Shown here piece by piece: positions 63,302 through 64,000 of a stretch of 64,000 nt of DNA. Origin of the DNA: an uncultured Succinatimonas sp. (lineage in GTDB: Bacteria; Pseudomonadota; Gammaproteobacteria; Enterobacterales; Succinivibrionaceae); NCBI GenBank assembly GCA_900316375.1, contig ONCS01000014.1, positions 16,460-80,459 on the forward strand, read 5' to 3'. Both the position numbers and the translations under genes were made by a program. How positions within the stretch are numbered: position 1 is the stretch's first letter; every line of letters starts with the position of its first letter. The notes under the pieces were generated by a model. That model saw only the letters and a program-made list of their open reading frames with translations, made no database searches and was not told the DNA's origin.

Positions 63302-63313
63302 AATGAGGTTTTT

Positions 63314-63538
63314 ATGAAAGAGAATATCCATCCAGAGTACAAGGAAGTGAATGTTCGTTGCTCATGCGGTAACACCTTCAAGATCCGTACTACTGCAGGT
63401 CACGATTTAAGCTTAGATGTTTGCTCTAAGTGCCACCCATTCTTCACCGGTAAGCAGAAGATTGTTGATACCGGCGGTCGTGTTGAGGCATTTAAGAAGC
63501 GTTTTGGTGGTATTTCAGCTTTTGCTGTTAAGCACTAA
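63314..63538 (+). CDS. rpmE: 50S ribosomal protein bL31 (zinc-binding type)
   Basis: [12 protein letters not shown] and [13 protein letters not shown]; ATG 63314 with GAGG SD preferred over the track start. Confidence 0.97.
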   Translation: MKENIHPEYKEVNVRCSCGNTFKIRTTAGHDLSLDVCSKCHPFFTGKQKIVDTGGRVEAFKKRFGGISAFAVKH

Positions 63539-63563
63539 TAAGAGCTTAGTTCTCAAAGAAAAG

Positions 63564-63590
63564 AGCAGATCCTATGATCTGCTTTTTCTT
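63564..63590 (+). terminator. Intrinsic terminator after rpmE
   Basis: AGCAGATC-CTAT-GATCTGCT followed by TTTTCTTTTT. Confidence 0.85.
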
Positions 63591-63881
63591 TTTCTGTTCC
63601 TTACATCTCAAATTTAGTAAAAAGTAGATTTTATTGAACGCAAATCTTTGATTTAGCGAAAAATTATCAATTTATCTATGACACTTCACCTTTTCTTAAT
63701 GTTAGACTTAGCTGTAGCTAACTAGCAAAATTATTTTCTAAATCACATTTTTGAATAAAACATTCAAATTTCTTTAGAAAAAATTACCCGTTAACGTTGC
63801 TATGTCCTATTGTTAAGAAATAGCTACATAAGAATAATATATAGCAAACAAACTTTTCAGTACTAACTAAGGGGTGTTATT

Positions 63882-64000
63882 GTGTCACACGATGCTAAAT
63901 TATTACACGACAGAGCTTTAGCCTACCACGAGAGTCCAGTTCCAGGTAAGATTAAGGTTGTTATCACTAAGCCTGCTGAGACCGCTGACGATTTAACTTT
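63882..64000 (+). CDS. maeB: NADP-dependent malic enzyme, N-terminal fragment (runs off window end)
   Basis: GTG start with AAGGGG SD; MSHDAKLLHDRALAYHESPVPGKIKVVITKPAETADDLT matches the ALxYH..P.PGKI..KP malic enzyme start. Not in the ORF track. Confidence 0.8.
   Translation, partial: MSHDAKLLHDRALAYHESPVPGKIKVVITKPAETADDLT

Overview
AT-rich gammaproteobacterial core-genome window, most consistent with an anaerobic gut Succinivibrionaceae (Aeromonadales); this assignment is inferred from gene order and content. It spans the probable replication origin (porin - oriC - mnmG-rsmG-parAB-atpIBEFHAGDC). Left of the origin are pqiB/pqiA, an anaerobic ribonucleotide reductase locus, earP-efp and one intact IS1634/IS4-superfamily insertion sequence. 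Right of the origin are housekeeping blocks: rsmD/ftsY/rpoH, rapZ-ptsN-hpf-rpoN-lptBAC-kdsC, mlaFEDCB-yjgA, a lipoprotein alpha-amylase, mreBCD-maf-tldD, ssb/uvrA, pmbA, plsB, fieF, cysE, a fructose-family PTS, hslUV-ftsN-argS-priA, rpmE and the start of maeB. No rRNA, tRNA or CRISPR array was seen. Main discovery candidate: the class III RNR is split. The 755-aa NrdD stops after its zinc site, and the glycyl-radical segment (ERIRRVTGYLVG) is a separate 52-aa ORF (2348..2506, minus strand, own strong SD) that is missing from the supplied ORF track. It looks like a dedicated, replaceable radical-carrying subunit. Other notable signals: a 4-Cys insertion in ATP synthase subunit a, a ~200-nt structured efp leader, a 36-bp perfect palindrome over the transposase RBS, an E. 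coli-type oriC with variant or eroded DnaA boxes, a Tyr/Gly/Gln/Asn-rich SSB linker, and repeated absence of genes from conserved positions (mioC, ftsEX, npr, kdsD, rng/yhdP, ubiCA, lexA). All motif scans were done by eye.
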